Position numbers and translations under genes: made by a program. A stretch of DNA of 64,000 bases from Bacilli bacterium (GTDB taxonomy: Bacteria; Bacillota_I; Bacilli_A; ML615J-28; CAG-313): NCBI GenBank assembly GCA_045653225.1, contig JAZOLP010000062.1, forward strand, positions 908 to 64,907, in the 5' to 3' direction. Shown in pieces: positions 48,714 to 58,943 of the stretch (within the stretch, counting starts at the first letter, position 1; the number at the start of each line of letters is the position of its first letter). Under the pieces are notes generated by a model. It searched no databases, had not been told where the DNA came from, and saw nothing but the letters and a program-made list of their open reading frames with translations.

Positions 48714-49360
48714 TGTTTATCGCTCCTTCTTAGCCAATTTAAATAAGTTCCTCCGTAAGTTTGATTGCGATTCCAATAAAACCACGCATACGCTTGAGCA
48801 GAAGAACCTGTAATTGAAGTGTCTCCATTCTTGTAACATTGAATTCTATCTACATACTGAAATATTTTATCAGGCGGATTGTCCTTAAAGATATTTTCAT
48901 AACGACTTTCACTTTCTACAAATTGAGTGCGGCCAAGCATTAAAACTTCAGGAGCAATCTCAAGTGCACGAATTACAAAAGGTTCAATAGTTGCGTATGG
49001 AGGATTCATAATAATTAAATCTGCTTTCTCTATTGGATAGTCATCAGATAGAAAATCACATTGTTCTCCATATATTAATTCAATTCCTGATTTAGAATAA
49101 CCTCTATCTTTAATGTCTGTACCTATTAATTTAAGAGGGGTTTGCGGCCAGATGGTGTTTTCATATGCGATAATACCCTCCATCATATGTCCGCCACCAA
49201 CACAAGGTTCAAGCACAATTTTATCTTCAAGATTAATGTTAGCTGCTAACATCGCATTGATTACTTCATTTGTTGGGGTGCTATAATAATCTAATGCTTC
49301 TCTTTCTTTGTTATTTTTTTTATATTTATTATATAAACCTTTATTTGTATATTGTCCCAT
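48710..49360 (-). CDS. N6-adenine DNA methyltransferase
   Basis: Motif IV NPPY (IIMNPPYA); motif I-like LEPCVGGG. Confidence 0.65.
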   Translation of the reverse strand: MGQYTNKGLYNKYKKNNKEREALDYYSTPTNEVINAMLAANINLEDKIVLEPCVGGGHMMEGIIAYENTIWPQTPLKLIGTDIKDRGYSKSGIELIYGEQCDFLSDDYPIEKADLIIMNPPYATIEPFVIRALEIAPEVLMLGRTQFVESESRYENIFKDNPPDKIFQYVDRIQCYKNGDTSITGSSAQAYAWFYWNRNQTYGGTYLNWLRRSDKQ

Positions 49361-49544
49361 TATTCATATCCTTTCTATTTAATGAGCATATTTGTTTATC
49401 ATTATCCCAAAATCCGCATTCTTCTTTATAACAAGGTAAAAAGTGAGTTATTTTAATATGGTCTTCAAAATAATTTCCTTTTTCAATTCTTGTTTCTTCT
49501 TTTGAGCGGTAAGGGCATCTTAAAATAATTTGTTTTTCTTTCAT
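49341..49544 (-). CDS. small Cys4 zinc-ribbon protein
   Basis: CPY...C...C..C spacing; ORF track. Confidence 0.35.
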   Translation of the reverse strand: MKEKQIILRCPYRSKEETRIEKGNYFEDHIKITHFLPCYKEECGFWDNDKQICSLNRKDMNNGTIYK

Positions 49545-49548
49545 TTTA

Positions 49549-50730
49549 TTATTTCCTCACTAATATTAATTGTTTACTTGCTCTCGTTACGCAAGTATAT
49601 AACCATCTAGCGTGTTCTATTGGAACGACAGGGAAGTTTTCTTCTATTACCAAAACCTTTTCAAATTCTGAACCTTGCGCTTTGTGTCCTGTAATTGCGT
49701 AAGCATAGTCCATATCTAAAATGTCGGGGCCTCTATAGTATTTTGAACCTAATCTACCAAGTTTTGCTTTTTGAATTTGAGATAATGTGGGAGTTCCTGT
49801 TGTAAGTGTTTGTTTATCTAAAGTAAGACCAGCGAAAGATTCTCCACTATCAGTTATAAAATGACCTTTAATGGTATGAACAGGTCTTTGATGGATAAAT
49901 CGTGGAACCCATACCAAACCACTCTCACAATGGTCAATAGTTAATATCGTTCCATTGGTTAATGGTGTTCCTTCACTACCAGTTATCTCCCAATTGTTGT
50001 GTAAACAAATTAATTTGTCTCCTTCTTGCGGATCTCCTGTTTTTCCAAGTATTTTTCGCATTTCTTGATTAATACTTGTACGAGTTTTATTCGTCGCGCA
50101 AAGTATCTGATCTGCCCAAGTGTACATACCAGTAACAAGATCTTTACTATCAATAACTTGTATATCTTTTCCTTTATAAGTATTAATAGGATTACCTTGT
50201 CTAATATCAAAACTCAATCTAATGATTTCATTGTCCGCAGCCTGACGCATAATTTCATCAAGAAAAATGTGCGGATTGTCCAGCACATGATTATCTTCAT
50301 CTGGATTAATAGTAGGTAACTGAAATGGGTCTCCGCACGCCAAAACATGAATTCCATGAGTTAGGAGTAAATCCCACATTTCTTTTGGTAACATTGACAC
50401 TTCGTCAACAACAATAATTTTATACTCTCCACTAAGGCTTTTTGGAGTAAAAATAAAATGATCTCCAATTAATTCTGCTTTATATAGTAATTTATGAGCG
50501 GTAATCGCGTTTGGGCAATTTTTACTTTTTAATACATTTGCTGCTTTGCCGGTATATGCGCAGTAGCAAACATCTATATCAGGATTCACTCCAAGCGCGT
50601 CTATAATAAATTGAATTAGCGTACTTTTCCCGACTCCCGCATAACCCGCGATACACGTGTAAACTTCTCCCGCGTGGAATCTTTCAAGAGCTATTTTCAA
50701 TCCTTCTTTTTGCTTTTGCGTTAATTCCAT
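49549..50730 (-). CDS. Dda/RecD-like SF1 DNA helicase
   Basis: Walker A AGYAGVGKST; VDEVSM; GDPFQLP; ITGHKAQGSEFEKVLV. Confidence 0.8.
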   Translation of the reverse strand: MELTQKQKEGLKIALERFHAGEVYTCIAGYAGVGKSTLIQFIIDALGVNPDIDVCYCAYTGKAANVLKSKNCPNAITAHKLLYKAELIGDHFIFTPKSLSGEYKIIVVDEVSMLPKEMWDLLLTHGIHVLACGDPFQLPTINPDEDNHVLDNPHIFLDEIMRQAADNEIIRLSFDIRQGNPINTYKGKDIQVIDSKDLVTGMYTWADQILCATNKTRTSINQEMRKILGKTGDPQEGDKLICLHNNWEITGSEGTPLTNGTILTIDHCESGLVWVPRFIHQRPVHTIKGHFITDSGESFAGLTLDKQTLTTGTPTLSQIQKAKLGRLGSKYYRGPDILDMDYAYAITGHKAQGSEFEKVLVIEENFPVVPIEHARWLYTCVTRASKQLILVRK

Positions 50731-50748
50731 AATTAATTTCCTTTCTTT

Positions 50749-50797
50749 AAAAAAAAATAAGAGGTATAACAGAATACTACTTCTATTATACCTCTAT
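50749..50797 (-). terminator. hairpin AGAGGTATAA...TTATACCTCT followed by a T-tract on the minus strand
   Basis: 10-bp stem; the reverse complement shows TATTTTTTTTT after the hairpin. Confidence 0.5.
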
Positions 50798-50831
50798 AAT
50801 ACTATAATTTAATTATAAAATCAACTTACTC

Positions 50832-51488
50832 TTACTGTTTGTAAGGATTTTCCATCCAAAATAAAGAGTCTAACTGTTTTGGTCCGTAGAAATCTGCACG
50901 GAAATAATTGTGTTTACCATCTCCAGTAAAGTAATAATAATTGGGAGGTAATACACGACCAACAGCAGTTTCACCCATTTTTTCTAAATAATAACGAGTT
51001 AACACATCTTCTGCGAGCCAAGCATAAACAGTTTTATTATGGTATGCAGCATTTGTATGATATAGTGCGAATTGATTTGAATAGCATATTCCTGAAATAG
51101 AACCATCGCCTCGGTCTACTCTATTCAGTACACACCAAGCTACCATAGCAACTTCTCTTGTGTCTAATCCGCGAGCTTCAATATACATTACCGCGGCAAG
51201 TGCATCTATATCTTTTTGAGTTATTTTACTTTTTGCTACATCCTTTTTGGTTTCATACCAACCAACGGACATTTGCGCTTCTTTCATGTGACTAGGGAAC
51301 ATTTCTGCTCTACCGTCTGCAGCATATAACTGGACGAAAGTTATAGGCGCTTCCGCAGCTGATACGGTATAAATTCCAGTCTCTTTTATTTCAGTTTCTG
51401 TAAAACTTCCACGTACTACAAACCCACTAATAACTAAAACAACAATAATTAATATTGCTACTAATAAGTGTTTTTTCAAAATAATCAT
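50832..51488 (-). CDS. SleB/CwlJ-family (Hydrolase_2) cell-wall hydrolase with an N-terminal signal anchor, a candidate SAR-type endolysin
   Basis: AAVMYIEARGLDTREVAMVAWCVLNRV motif; N-terminal TM segment LLVAILIIVVLVISGFVV. Confidence 0.55.
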   Translation of the reverse strand: MIILKKHLLVAILIIVVLVISGFVVRGSFTETEIKETGIYTVSAAEAPITFVQLYAADGRAEMFPSHMKEAQMSVGWYETKKDVAKSKITQKDIDALAAVMYIEARGLDTREVAMVAWCVLNRVDRGDGSISGICYSNQFALYHTNAAYHNKTVYAWLAEDVLTRYYLEKMGETAVGRVLPPNYYYFTGDGKHNYFRADFYGPKQLDSLFWMENPYKQ

Positions 51489-51531
51489 TCCTTTCTATTT
51501 TTTGGTTTAAAAAATAGTCAGGCTGTGTTAT

Positions 51532-53268
51532 TTAAAAATAGTAATTTTGTCTATTTATAATTTCATAATCTTCAATTCTTATTTGTGGATATTCATTACC
51601 TTTCCACTTGTTGATTTGGCAAGAGCCAACAACATTAATAGTTACACAACCTAAATCTGAAAATAAACTTTCATATTCTTGTTCAGATGATTTAAACCTA
51701 ATTAAACTTATTCCATTGTTCAACGTGATTTTGAGAGTAGGGTTGCGGTCTCTTGATAGTAAAGACAAATTATCTTTTGTAATTTGTAAATTTTCTATAG
51801 CAATCAACGGCTCATCTACCTCTTGTCCCCAGATTGTTTCATATTTTCCTATTTCTAAAATAGAGTTAGGATTTAAAGTCTCATAGTCAAATATGAAATC
51901 AACCTTGTAGCAAGGAGAAAAGTCATAATTTACAAGTTTATCATTTGAATAAGCAATAAAATTATTCAAATCAGTTTTTGGTATAGATGTACCAAAAGCA
52001 TTGGCATGTCCTGTCGCGTATTCCGCATTGGGATAGCTTCCAACAAACTCGCGGAAATCAGCTAACTCAGAATTATTAACTCCTCGAGCGGAACCCGCGT
52101 AACAACCATCTTCATTTTCTTTTAGTATTAGAGTTGGCTTTTGATATTTTGCAGCCATCTTGTTAGCCATTAAACCTAATATATTCTTTTCAGCTTTCTC
52201 TTCGTCTTTTGGAAAGGTAACTAAAAGAACTTGGTTGTCAAGTAAATTACAATCTTTTATTTTCTGTTCGATTATGTTTAAGCAAGCATCTGTAGCTTTT
52301 GTCTGTCTATTCTTGACATTGGTACAGTTTCTGCAAGCTTGTTCTGCTCTTGTTTCTTTTTGACCTGCGCAACCTCTTTTTGTCGAGGGAATTTCTTCGT
52401 ATGCCAGATATTCAATCATTGACTCGAACAGTGTCAGCTTTTCTTGTATTGTGCCAGACCTAACGGTGGCATTAATATAAGGTGCGATATAGAATGCTAT
52501 GCCAATAGGCGTAATCACATCACCCAATGAATAGGCATTCTTTTTACTTAATGTGTAAATGAAAGGATTTTTAATATTTGTTAATCCCTTTTGGACTAAA
52601 TGTTTAGTCTCATAATCGCGTAAGCTTGACATATCTGCAATCATCCCACATGCAACTAAATCTAAATAGTCGTCTGCATACGCGGTGTTTGCTACAGAAT
52701 CAAGATATTGGCAAAATTTATAAACTACACCAACCCCAGATAAAGATTTAGTGGGATAATCACATAGTTGATTGTTTATAACGCACGCATATTCTGATTC
52801 ACGGTCCGCGTGGTGATGATCCAGTATCAACACATCTATTCCTCGTTCAGCTAATTCTGCGTGTATCTCGTATTCATTGCTACTTGCATCTGGGGCAATG
52901 ACCAAACCAATATCGTCTGGAACTGATGCCGAACTTAAAATTCCGTGTTGTTTTCCTTCGTGAAGTCTATAACTTAAACGACTTTTTACAAATGAAGGAA
53001 ATAATCTATGTAAAAAATTAATTAAAGTTGCGGCAGAGGTATAACCATCCGCGTCGCAGTCAACGATAACTAATATTTTACTACCATTATTAATGTGTCT
53101 TACTAACATTTGTGCGCCTTTTTGAATATTGTTTAACAGAAGCGGGTCGCGCACATCATCTTCTGTTGTATTTAAGTAGTGAGTACAATCTTCAATGCCT
53201 CTATTGTTTAAAATTTGTTGCATTGTTGATTTTGTTTTACTCACTGGATTTATTAATTGATATCTCAT
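51532..53268 (-). CDS. recJ: RecJ-like DHH/DHHA1 phosphoesterase (ssDNA exonuclease)
   Basis: VIVDCDADG; LILDHHH; GHANAFG. Confidence 0.6.
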   Translation of the reverse strand: MRYQLINPVSKTKSTMQQILNNRGIEDCTHYLNTTEDDVRDPLLLNNIQKGAQMLVRHINNGSKILVIVDCDADGYTSAATLINFLHRLFPSFVKSRLSYRLHEGKQHGILSSASVPDDIGLVIAPDASSNEYEIHAELAERGIDVLILDHHHADRESEYACVINNQLCDYPTKSLSGVGVVYKFCQYLDSVANTAYADDYLDLVACGMIADMSSLRDYETKHLVQKGLTNIKNPFIYTLSKKNAYSLGDVITPIGIAFYIAPYINATVRSGTIQEKLTLFESMIEYLAYEEIPSTKRGCAGQKETRAEQACRNCTNVKNRQTKATDACLNIIEQKIKDCNLLDNQVLLVTFPKDEEKAEKNILGLMANKMAAKYQKPTLILKENEDGCYAGSARGVNNSELADFREFVGSYPNAEYATGHANAFGTSIPKTDLNNFIAYSNDKLVNYDFSPCYKVDFIFDYETLNPNSILEIGKYETIWGQEVDEPLIAIENLQITKDNLSLLSRDRNPTLKITLNNGISLIRFKSSEQEYESLFSDLGCVTINVVGSCQINKWKGNEYPQIRIEDYEIINRQNYYF

Positions 53269-54362
53269 TCTAAAACAATTCTCTCCTTAAATAATTTGTA
53301 AAATTTATCTTTTCCTTCATCTAAAGGACAAGCTTTATAAGAAGTAATCATATCTTTATCAAAAATAAAAGAGAGATTAACATAATTTTTAAAGTTATTA
53401 TTTATCTTTAGAATGTTGTCTTTTAAATGATTATATTCTTTATCCCCTACTTCTTGAAATTGTCTATCAAAAGCTATGATAATTTCTTCAGCTCCGCAAG
53501 ACATTAATAAGGCAATTTGATATTCAGAAACTGAACTGCCGCAAATCGCAACAGATATATCATTTTCTTTTCCAAAATAAGTAGAATATAATAAAGTACC
53601 TTTTTCTCCCTCAACAATAATTGCTTTTTTTAATCTTTTAATATTATCTTTTGAATTGTTTAAATTATAAAGATTATATCTTAAAGGGTGATTATATAAG
53701 ATACCATTGATATAAAGAGGTCTATATTTACCAAACATTTCTGCGTCAGCTTGTACTAAAGCTCTTCCTCTTATACCAATCAATCTACCATTGATATCAT
53801 AGTGCGGAATTGTAATTTGACTATCTCCCGCATAAAAACCTATATCGTGTTCTTGCATTACTTCACGAGAAATTCCATCTCTTTCCCAAGGTTCAATAAT
53901 AGGGTGAGTAAAATGATTTAAAATGTCTTTATTATATTCGGGTAAAGTGATAAATGTATTATTCGTTTCTGCCCGAATACTGTCAAAATGTTTCAACATT
54001 TCCCAATCATCAATTTCATATTTTTCTTCTTTTGAATAGCTACCTGTTAAATTAAATTTATATACTAAATAAAAAACAGCTTTCATTAAAGTTAAATCTT
54101 TATTTTCTTGAATCTTTTTTGCTTTTATAATTAATTCAAATATATCAAAGGTTTCTCCGCACCCTGTAAAACAATTAAATAAATGTGAATTTTCATAGTA
54201 ATACAATTTGCGAGAGCCTTCATGAGCATAATTATGACAAATTGTTCTTGAAATAATACCAAAAGAAGAATAAGTTGGCTCACCACCTAATTCTGTAAGC
54301 ACATCAAAGACTTGTTCTAAAGTTAATTCACTTTTAATCGCATCTTTGTCATACTGTATCAT
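53265..54362 (-). CDS. dnaG: DnaG-type DNA primase
   Basis: CHC2 zinc finger CHNYAHEGSRKLYYYENSHLFNCFTGCG; TOPRIM-like IIVEGEKG. Confidence 0.6.
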   Translation of the reverse strand: MIQYDKDAIKSELTLEQVFDVLTELGGEPTYSSFGIISRTICHNYAHEGSRKLYYYENSHLFNCFTGCGETFDIFELIIKAKKIQENKDLTLMKAVFYLVYKFNLTGSYSKEEKYEIDDWEMLKHFDSIRAETNNTFITLPEYNKDILNHFTHPIIEPWERDGISREVMQEHDIGFYAGDSQITIPHYDINGRLIGIRGRALVQADAEMFGKYRPLYINGILYNHPLRYNLYNLNNSKDNIKRLKKAIIVEGEKGTLLYSTYFGKENDISVAICGSSVSEYQIALLMSCGAEEIIIAFDRQFQEVGDKEYNHLKDNILKINNNFKNYVNLSFIFDKDMITSYKACPLDEGKDKFYKLFKERIVLE

Positions 54363-54512
54363 TCTTTTATGGTGATTCTTTCAATAGTACCTTTTATACC
54401 AAATTGTTCATTTACAATTTTACAAACATATTTATAAGGATTCATTTTTAATTCATTCCCTTTTCTTTCTTTTACCAAATTATTAAACATTGTTCTTGTC
54501 ATCTGATACATA
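54360..54512 (-). CDS. small ORF (51 aa), translationally coupled between dnaB and dnaG, below the ORF-track cutoff
   Basis: AAGGAAGG RBS 8 nt upstream of the ATG; its stop overlaps the primase ATG. Confidence 0.25.
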
Positions 54513-54516
54513 TTCG

Positions 54517-56043
54517 TTAACCTTCCTTATCTTCTAATATTATTTCTAACTCTTTCATAGGTATTAAATTATAGCGGAAATCTGTCGCATATAGAGGATT
54601 AACTCTACAAGTTCCAAGATTTGCTTTACACCATAAATAAACACCTTTATATTTTCCTCGTCTATTCTTATATATAGCCATTTTTAAATTTGGCTGAACA
54701 AACGAGCTTCCTGATATAGTATCTATTCCATCATAATCTTTTTGAGTAAGAGGGAGTAGATGTAAACCCAAATCAATCTTATCAGCGATAGCTTTTGATC
54801 CACGCAACAAGCCTTGGTCTGGAGTTTCCGCGTCTTTGTAATCATTACTTAACTGCGTACTAGACATAAGAAAAATTCCATATTGATTACAAATATCTTT
54901 TAATTTTGCGGAAATCATAAATAAGATATTGTCTTCACGCAATTTCATTCCATTTGTTACTTTTGAAACTTCTTCAAGTATTTTTAAACTACTATGAAGA
55001 TAATCATAAAACACATACTGGACGCCATAATCTCTAATAGCACCTTTGATTGTGTTTTCAATATCTTGTAAAGAGAAGTTTGGTAATAATTCAATTCTCA
55101 AAGGAGCTTTTTCCAAAATTCTCGCAGCTTCTAAAACTCTTTCATACTCGCCTTCTTCATACTTACCGTCTAATATATGATCTTCCTCGACGTTTGATAA
55201 GAAAGCTAGCATCATAGTTTGAACTTCGTCTATCTCTAACTCAGTAGAAATATAAAGAGTTGGATGTTCTCCACCTGTTTTTATCCAGCCAAAGTTTTCA
55301 TCAAATATGTGGGAGCACGCGATATAACACGCATCCGCAATTTGGGTTCTACTTTTTCCCACACCTGTTGGCGCGGAACGAAGATAAAACTTCTTTAAAC
55401 GGGCACCGCGAGAAACTGTATTAACTAAATTTCCGTAAAGCGGCAGCCCCACATCAGGAACATTTTTTAATCTTTCAATTAAATCATAAATTCCTTCACC
55501 AGCCTGATAATTTTCAGAAGCTAAATTCTCTGAATACTTTTGTTTAACTTGCTCAAAGTATAACTCAATACGATTAACTAACTCTTCAAAAGTACAAGTA
55601 TTTAGATAATCTTCTTGTTCTTGTAAAACATTCGCATCAAATACATTATCTGGGTCATAAATAAAACTCATATCAAAGCCAATATTTTCATAAGCGCGCA
55701 ACAAACTCATTTTCTTTAATCTATCATAATAGAAATTAAAATTTTCTGTTTTTGCTAATTCAGATACTTTTTGTAAATATTCTGCGCCATTATTTGCTTT
55801 ATAAACTCCAAACCATTTATCTCTTGAAGAAAGAAAATTTTCTATATCTTCAACAAATACTTTTTTTGTACCAGCTTTATATAGTTGATAAATCGTACCA
55901 AATATCACTTTATGAAAATCAGAATAAAAATCTTCTTCAACAAAATGATATTGTTCAAATTCCAAAAGAGAAGGATTATTATAAATATTACCAATGACTT
56001 GCATTGTTGCTAAAGTATTTACATATTTACTCTGTTTCGCCAT
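54517..56043 (-). CDS. dnaB: DnaB-family replicative helicase
   Basis: Walker A SAPTGVGKS; size; N-terminal DnaB-like domain. Confidence 0.55.
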   Translation of the reverse strand: MAKQSKYVNTLATMQVIGNIYNNPSLLEFEQYHFVEEDFYSDFHKVIFGTIYQLYKAGTKKVFVEDIENFLSSRDKWFGVYKANNGAEYLQKVSELAKTENFNFYYDRLKKMSLLRAYENIGFDMSFIYDPDNVFDANVLQEQEDYLNTCTFEELVNRIELYFEQVKQKYSENLASENYQAGEGIYDLIERLKNVPDVGLPLYGNLVNTVSRGARLKKFYLRSAPTGVGKSRTQIADACYIACSHIFDENFGWIKTGGEHPTLYISTELEIDEVQTMMLAFLSNVEEDHILDGKYEEGEYERVLEAARILEKAPLRIELLPNFSLQDIENTIKGAIRDYGVQYVFYDYLHSSLKILEEVSKVTNGMKLREDNILFMISAKLKDICNQYGIFLMSSTQLSNDYKDAETPDQGLLRGSKAIADKIDLGLHLLPLTQKDYDGIDTISGSSFVQPNLKMAIYKNRRGKYKGVYLWCKANLGTCRVNPLYATDFRYNLIPMKELEIILEDKEG

Positions 56044-56548
56044 TGTTATCTTCCTCCATTAAAAATGCAAACGGTAAATTCTTGCTTCTTTTTCTTACTG
56101 TTGGAACAGGAATAACCACCGTCTCTTTTTCATTTGTAAATATTTTATCTTTATTATTTTGTTTGATTTTTTCTAATTCATCAAAATAAGACATTGCTTT
56201 ATCATATACATAAGGAACAATACCTATTCCGCCGTTTGATTTATCTGTTGAGTTGCCTTGCACTTGATAAAAGTATATTAAAGATTTTACAATACCCATA
56301 TAACTATAGTTATTCTTTTCATATAAATCTTTAATTTGTTTTTCAATTAAAGGTGTTAACCGCTCTAATTTAAATAAATTCCTGATAAGCAATGTTAATG
56401 TATGATAATCTTGAGCATTTTTCTCCGCGTCTTCTATTGATTTTTGATAGCAGTGCGGATGAGCATATCTGCGAGAAGCGATTTGAACAAACTCTTCTTT
56501 CTCACGATTAAACTTTTCCTTACAAAACGGACAAGTTACAAGAGCCAT
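56027..56548 (-). CDS. hypothetical protein with an N-terminal zinc-binding motif. It could be a helicase loader, but this is unproven.
   Basis: CPFCKEKF...HPHC; position upstream of dnaB. Confidence 0.35.
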   Translation of the reverse strand: MALVTCPFCKEKFNREKEEFVQIASRRYAHPHCYQKSIEDAEKNAQDYHTLTLLIRNLFKLERLTPLIEKQIKDLYEKNNYSYMGIVKSLIYFYQVQGNSTDKSNGGIGIVPYVYDKAMSYFDELEKIKQNNKDKIFTNEKETVVIPVPTVRKRSKNLPFAFLMEEDNNGETE

Positions 56549-56606
56549 TTTCTCACTCCTTTTATAAATTTATATTATCATAATTTATAAAAAAAATCAA
56601 AGAGCC

Positions 56607-57581
56607 TTAATTCAGGCTCTTTAACTCTTCTGTGATAAGAGAAACAATTTCTGCTTGTCTTTCCGTACACTCTGCAACCTTTTTACCTTTACCAAGATAT
56701 CTTTCAACAGTTGCAGTAATTTTTGCTGCATTGTTTGCATCTGCAGTCATCATTGCATTAACTACTTCGTTAAAATCATTCATAATCTGTTCAAATGTTT
56801 TTTCAATTCTTACAGATGTTTGATTTCTTTCATTTGTGATAAATTTTCCTTCTGTTTCCTGTGCTTCCATATCAATAGCTTCATTTAATGCTTTAACTAA
56901 ATTCTCATATGAAAGTTCAACAGCAGGAGGCATATACCTAAATCTGCTCTTACAATCAACAGTACCATCTAAACTGCGGAAAGTTAATATTCTTTTTGGA
57001 ACACCATCAATAACTTTTTGATGAGCATAAGCCATAATATCAACCATATTTTTAATAATTTCTCCGCAAGTTGATGGGCAAGATGGAATAATCATATTAT
57101 ATTCTGTACCATCTTCTCTTTTAAATGTTTTGTCTTTATCGTGTGAAATAAAGAATACTGCATAACCCATTTGCGCCATTGAGCGGAACATATCTTCAAA
57201 TTCACGCTTTAAAAGTGTCCAACCCTGACCATATGGAATTTCGCCAATTTTTTCAACGTCATTCTGGCTACAAATATATTTTTCGCACATCGCCGCGGCA
57301 ATATCAATAGTATCAATAATAACTGTTTGATATTTTTCTTTAACTTGAGGCTTCTTAAGCTCATTTCTAACCTGACGCATTTCTGCCCAAGAAGTTACGT
57401 CAATTGGCATAACTCCAGGTAATGCATTATAACCTTTTTCTGTTGCGATTAACAATGCATTTGGCGCTTTGGTAGCAAGGGTGGTTTTACCGATACCGCC
57501 CTTGCCATAAATGTATGTTATATAGCCGCTAAGGTCGCGACTAACTTTGTGTGGTTCAATTGCTAATAAATTAATTGCCAT
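56607..57581 (-). CDS. AAA_24/Sak4-like P-loop ATPase
   Basis: YIYGKGGIGKTTLA Walker A; VIIDTID Walker B. Confidence 0.5.
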   Translation of the reverse strand: MAINLLAIEPHKVSRDLSGYITYIYGKGGIGKTTLATKAPNALLIATEKGYNALPGVMPIDVTSWAEMRQVRNELKKPQVKEKYQTVIIDTIDIAAAMCEKYICSQNDVEKIGEIPYGQGWTLLKREFEDMFRSMAQMGYAVFFISHDKDKTFKREDGTEYNMIIPSCPSTCGEIIKNMVDIMAYAHQKVIDGVPKRILTFRSLDGTVDCKSRFRYMPPAVELSYENLVKALNEAIDMEAQETEGKFITNERNQTSVRIEKTFEQIMNDFNEVVNAMMTADANNAAKITATVERYLGKGKKVAECTERQAEIVSLITEELKSLN

Positions 57582-57598
57582 AGTCGCTTACCTCCAAA

Positions 57599-58522
57599 TC
57601 AAAATCCTGGGAATGCACCAGCCTGTGCAACAGGAGCTGCCGCAGGTGCTGTTTTTCTTTCTTCTTTTTTCTGTTTTAATGTAGCAAGTTTAACTTGTCT
57701 ATCACTTAACATTTTTGCAACTTCAGTAGCAAGGATTGAGTCTTCTGTATCCCAAGCTGGTGAGTCTGGGTCTGCATAATCAACTACAAAATCTTTGCTT
57801 GTGTATTTGCTTTCTGTAACAATATCATTACCAAAAGCATTGTGTTCAATTTTAACGCTATTTACGATTAAAGATACCTGTGAACCGCCAACTTTTGAGA
57901 AATAAGGATTTTTAGAAGAAGCATCAAGACCTAAGAAGAAACTCTTACCTGCTTCATTATAAACTGAAAAACTAACTGGAAGAATTTCATTTCTAAATGT
58001 GAAAATATGACCGCTAATAACTACTTTGGCTTCTTTGTTTTTCTCTGGGTCACCTTCAACTTCTTTAACGCCTGTGATAATCATATCTGTTCTAAATAAA
58101 TTTCTCTTAGATTCATCTTCATTGAGTTCATCAACTTTTCTAACAAATCCACCTTCTGCTCTAAGTCTTGAAACTAATTCATCATTTTGATCGTACCATT
58201 CGTTAAGTACAAGTGATGTATTGAGTTTCATTTTAGCAGCTTCAGCTTTTGAACTATCCATTAATGTTTTAAATTTACCGTCAATAATATTTAAAAGCAT
58301 ATTAAAGTTAGGGTTTGGTCCGCCATCTTTTTTATCAGCTACTACATAAGTATAATATACTGTAACAATATTATTACAAGCTTCATCTGTCGCAATATTT
58401 ACTGAACCTGCAATAAATTCTTTTCCAAAATTTTCTGATTCTTTGTTTTGTACTGTTTTCTTTTCTAATTTGTGAGAATGAAGATATCCTTCTACATTAT
58501 AAGTGTTTACTAACTTTTTCAT
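57599..58522 (-). CDS. putative ssDNA-binding or annealing protein
   Basis: Position in the recombination block; a C-terminus ending in Phe (AGAFPGF), reminiscent of gp2.5-like SSBs. Confidence 0.3.
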   Translation of the reverse strand: MKKLVNTYNVEGYLHSHKLEKKTVQNKESENFGKEFIAGSVNIATDEACNNIVTVYYTYVVADKKDGGPNPNFNMLLNIIDGKFKTLMDSSKAEAAKMKLNTSLVLNEWYDQNDELVSRLRAEGGFVRKVDELNEDESKRNLFRTDMIITGVKEVEGDPEKNKEAKVVISGHIFTFRNEILPVSFSVYNEAGKSFFLGLDASSKNPYFSKVGGSQVSLIVNSVKIEHNAFGNDIVTESKYTSKDFVVDYADPDSPAWDTEDSILATEVAKMLSDRQVKLATLKQKKEERKTAPAAAPVAQAGAFPGF

Positions 58523-58531
58523 AAATTAATA

Positions 58532-58885
58532 TTACTCTCCTTTATAATTTTTTCCTTTTTCTGTTAAGCTATATATAATTGGATCTGTGCTTATTTTTTC
58601 AACATATTCATCAGATACTAATTTTCTCATCGCGCCAGATACTGTTCTTGCTGAAACTCCAAGACCATCAGCGATATCTTTTGCTTTTAATAAGGGTTTA
58701 GTATCTTCTTGCTGCATATACTGTAAAATAAGCTTACCATTATCAGTTAAACCTGTTGTTTCTTTTTCTTTTGTTTCTTTTAATACTTCCAAAAATTGTG
58801 CTACATTTTCTGGAACAGTTGTTGGTTCTTTACAATTTTTTACCAAATAATCAAAATAATTGAAAAATTCTTCTTTAATAGTCAT
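58532..58885 (-). CDS. winged-helix/MarR-like HTH transcriptional regulator
   Basis: AKDIADGLGVSARTVSGAMRKL helix-turn-helix. Confidence 0.5.
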   Translation of the reverse strand: MTIKEEFFNYFDYLVKNCKEPTTVPENVAQFLEVLKETKEKETTGLTDNGKLILQYMQQEDTKPLLKAKDIADGLGVSARTVSGAMRKLVSDEYVEKISTDPIIYSLTEKGKNYKGE

Positions 58886-58943
58886 TTATTTATACATTCC
58901 TTTCATCTTTATATAAATATAATACTATAAATTTTAAATATAA

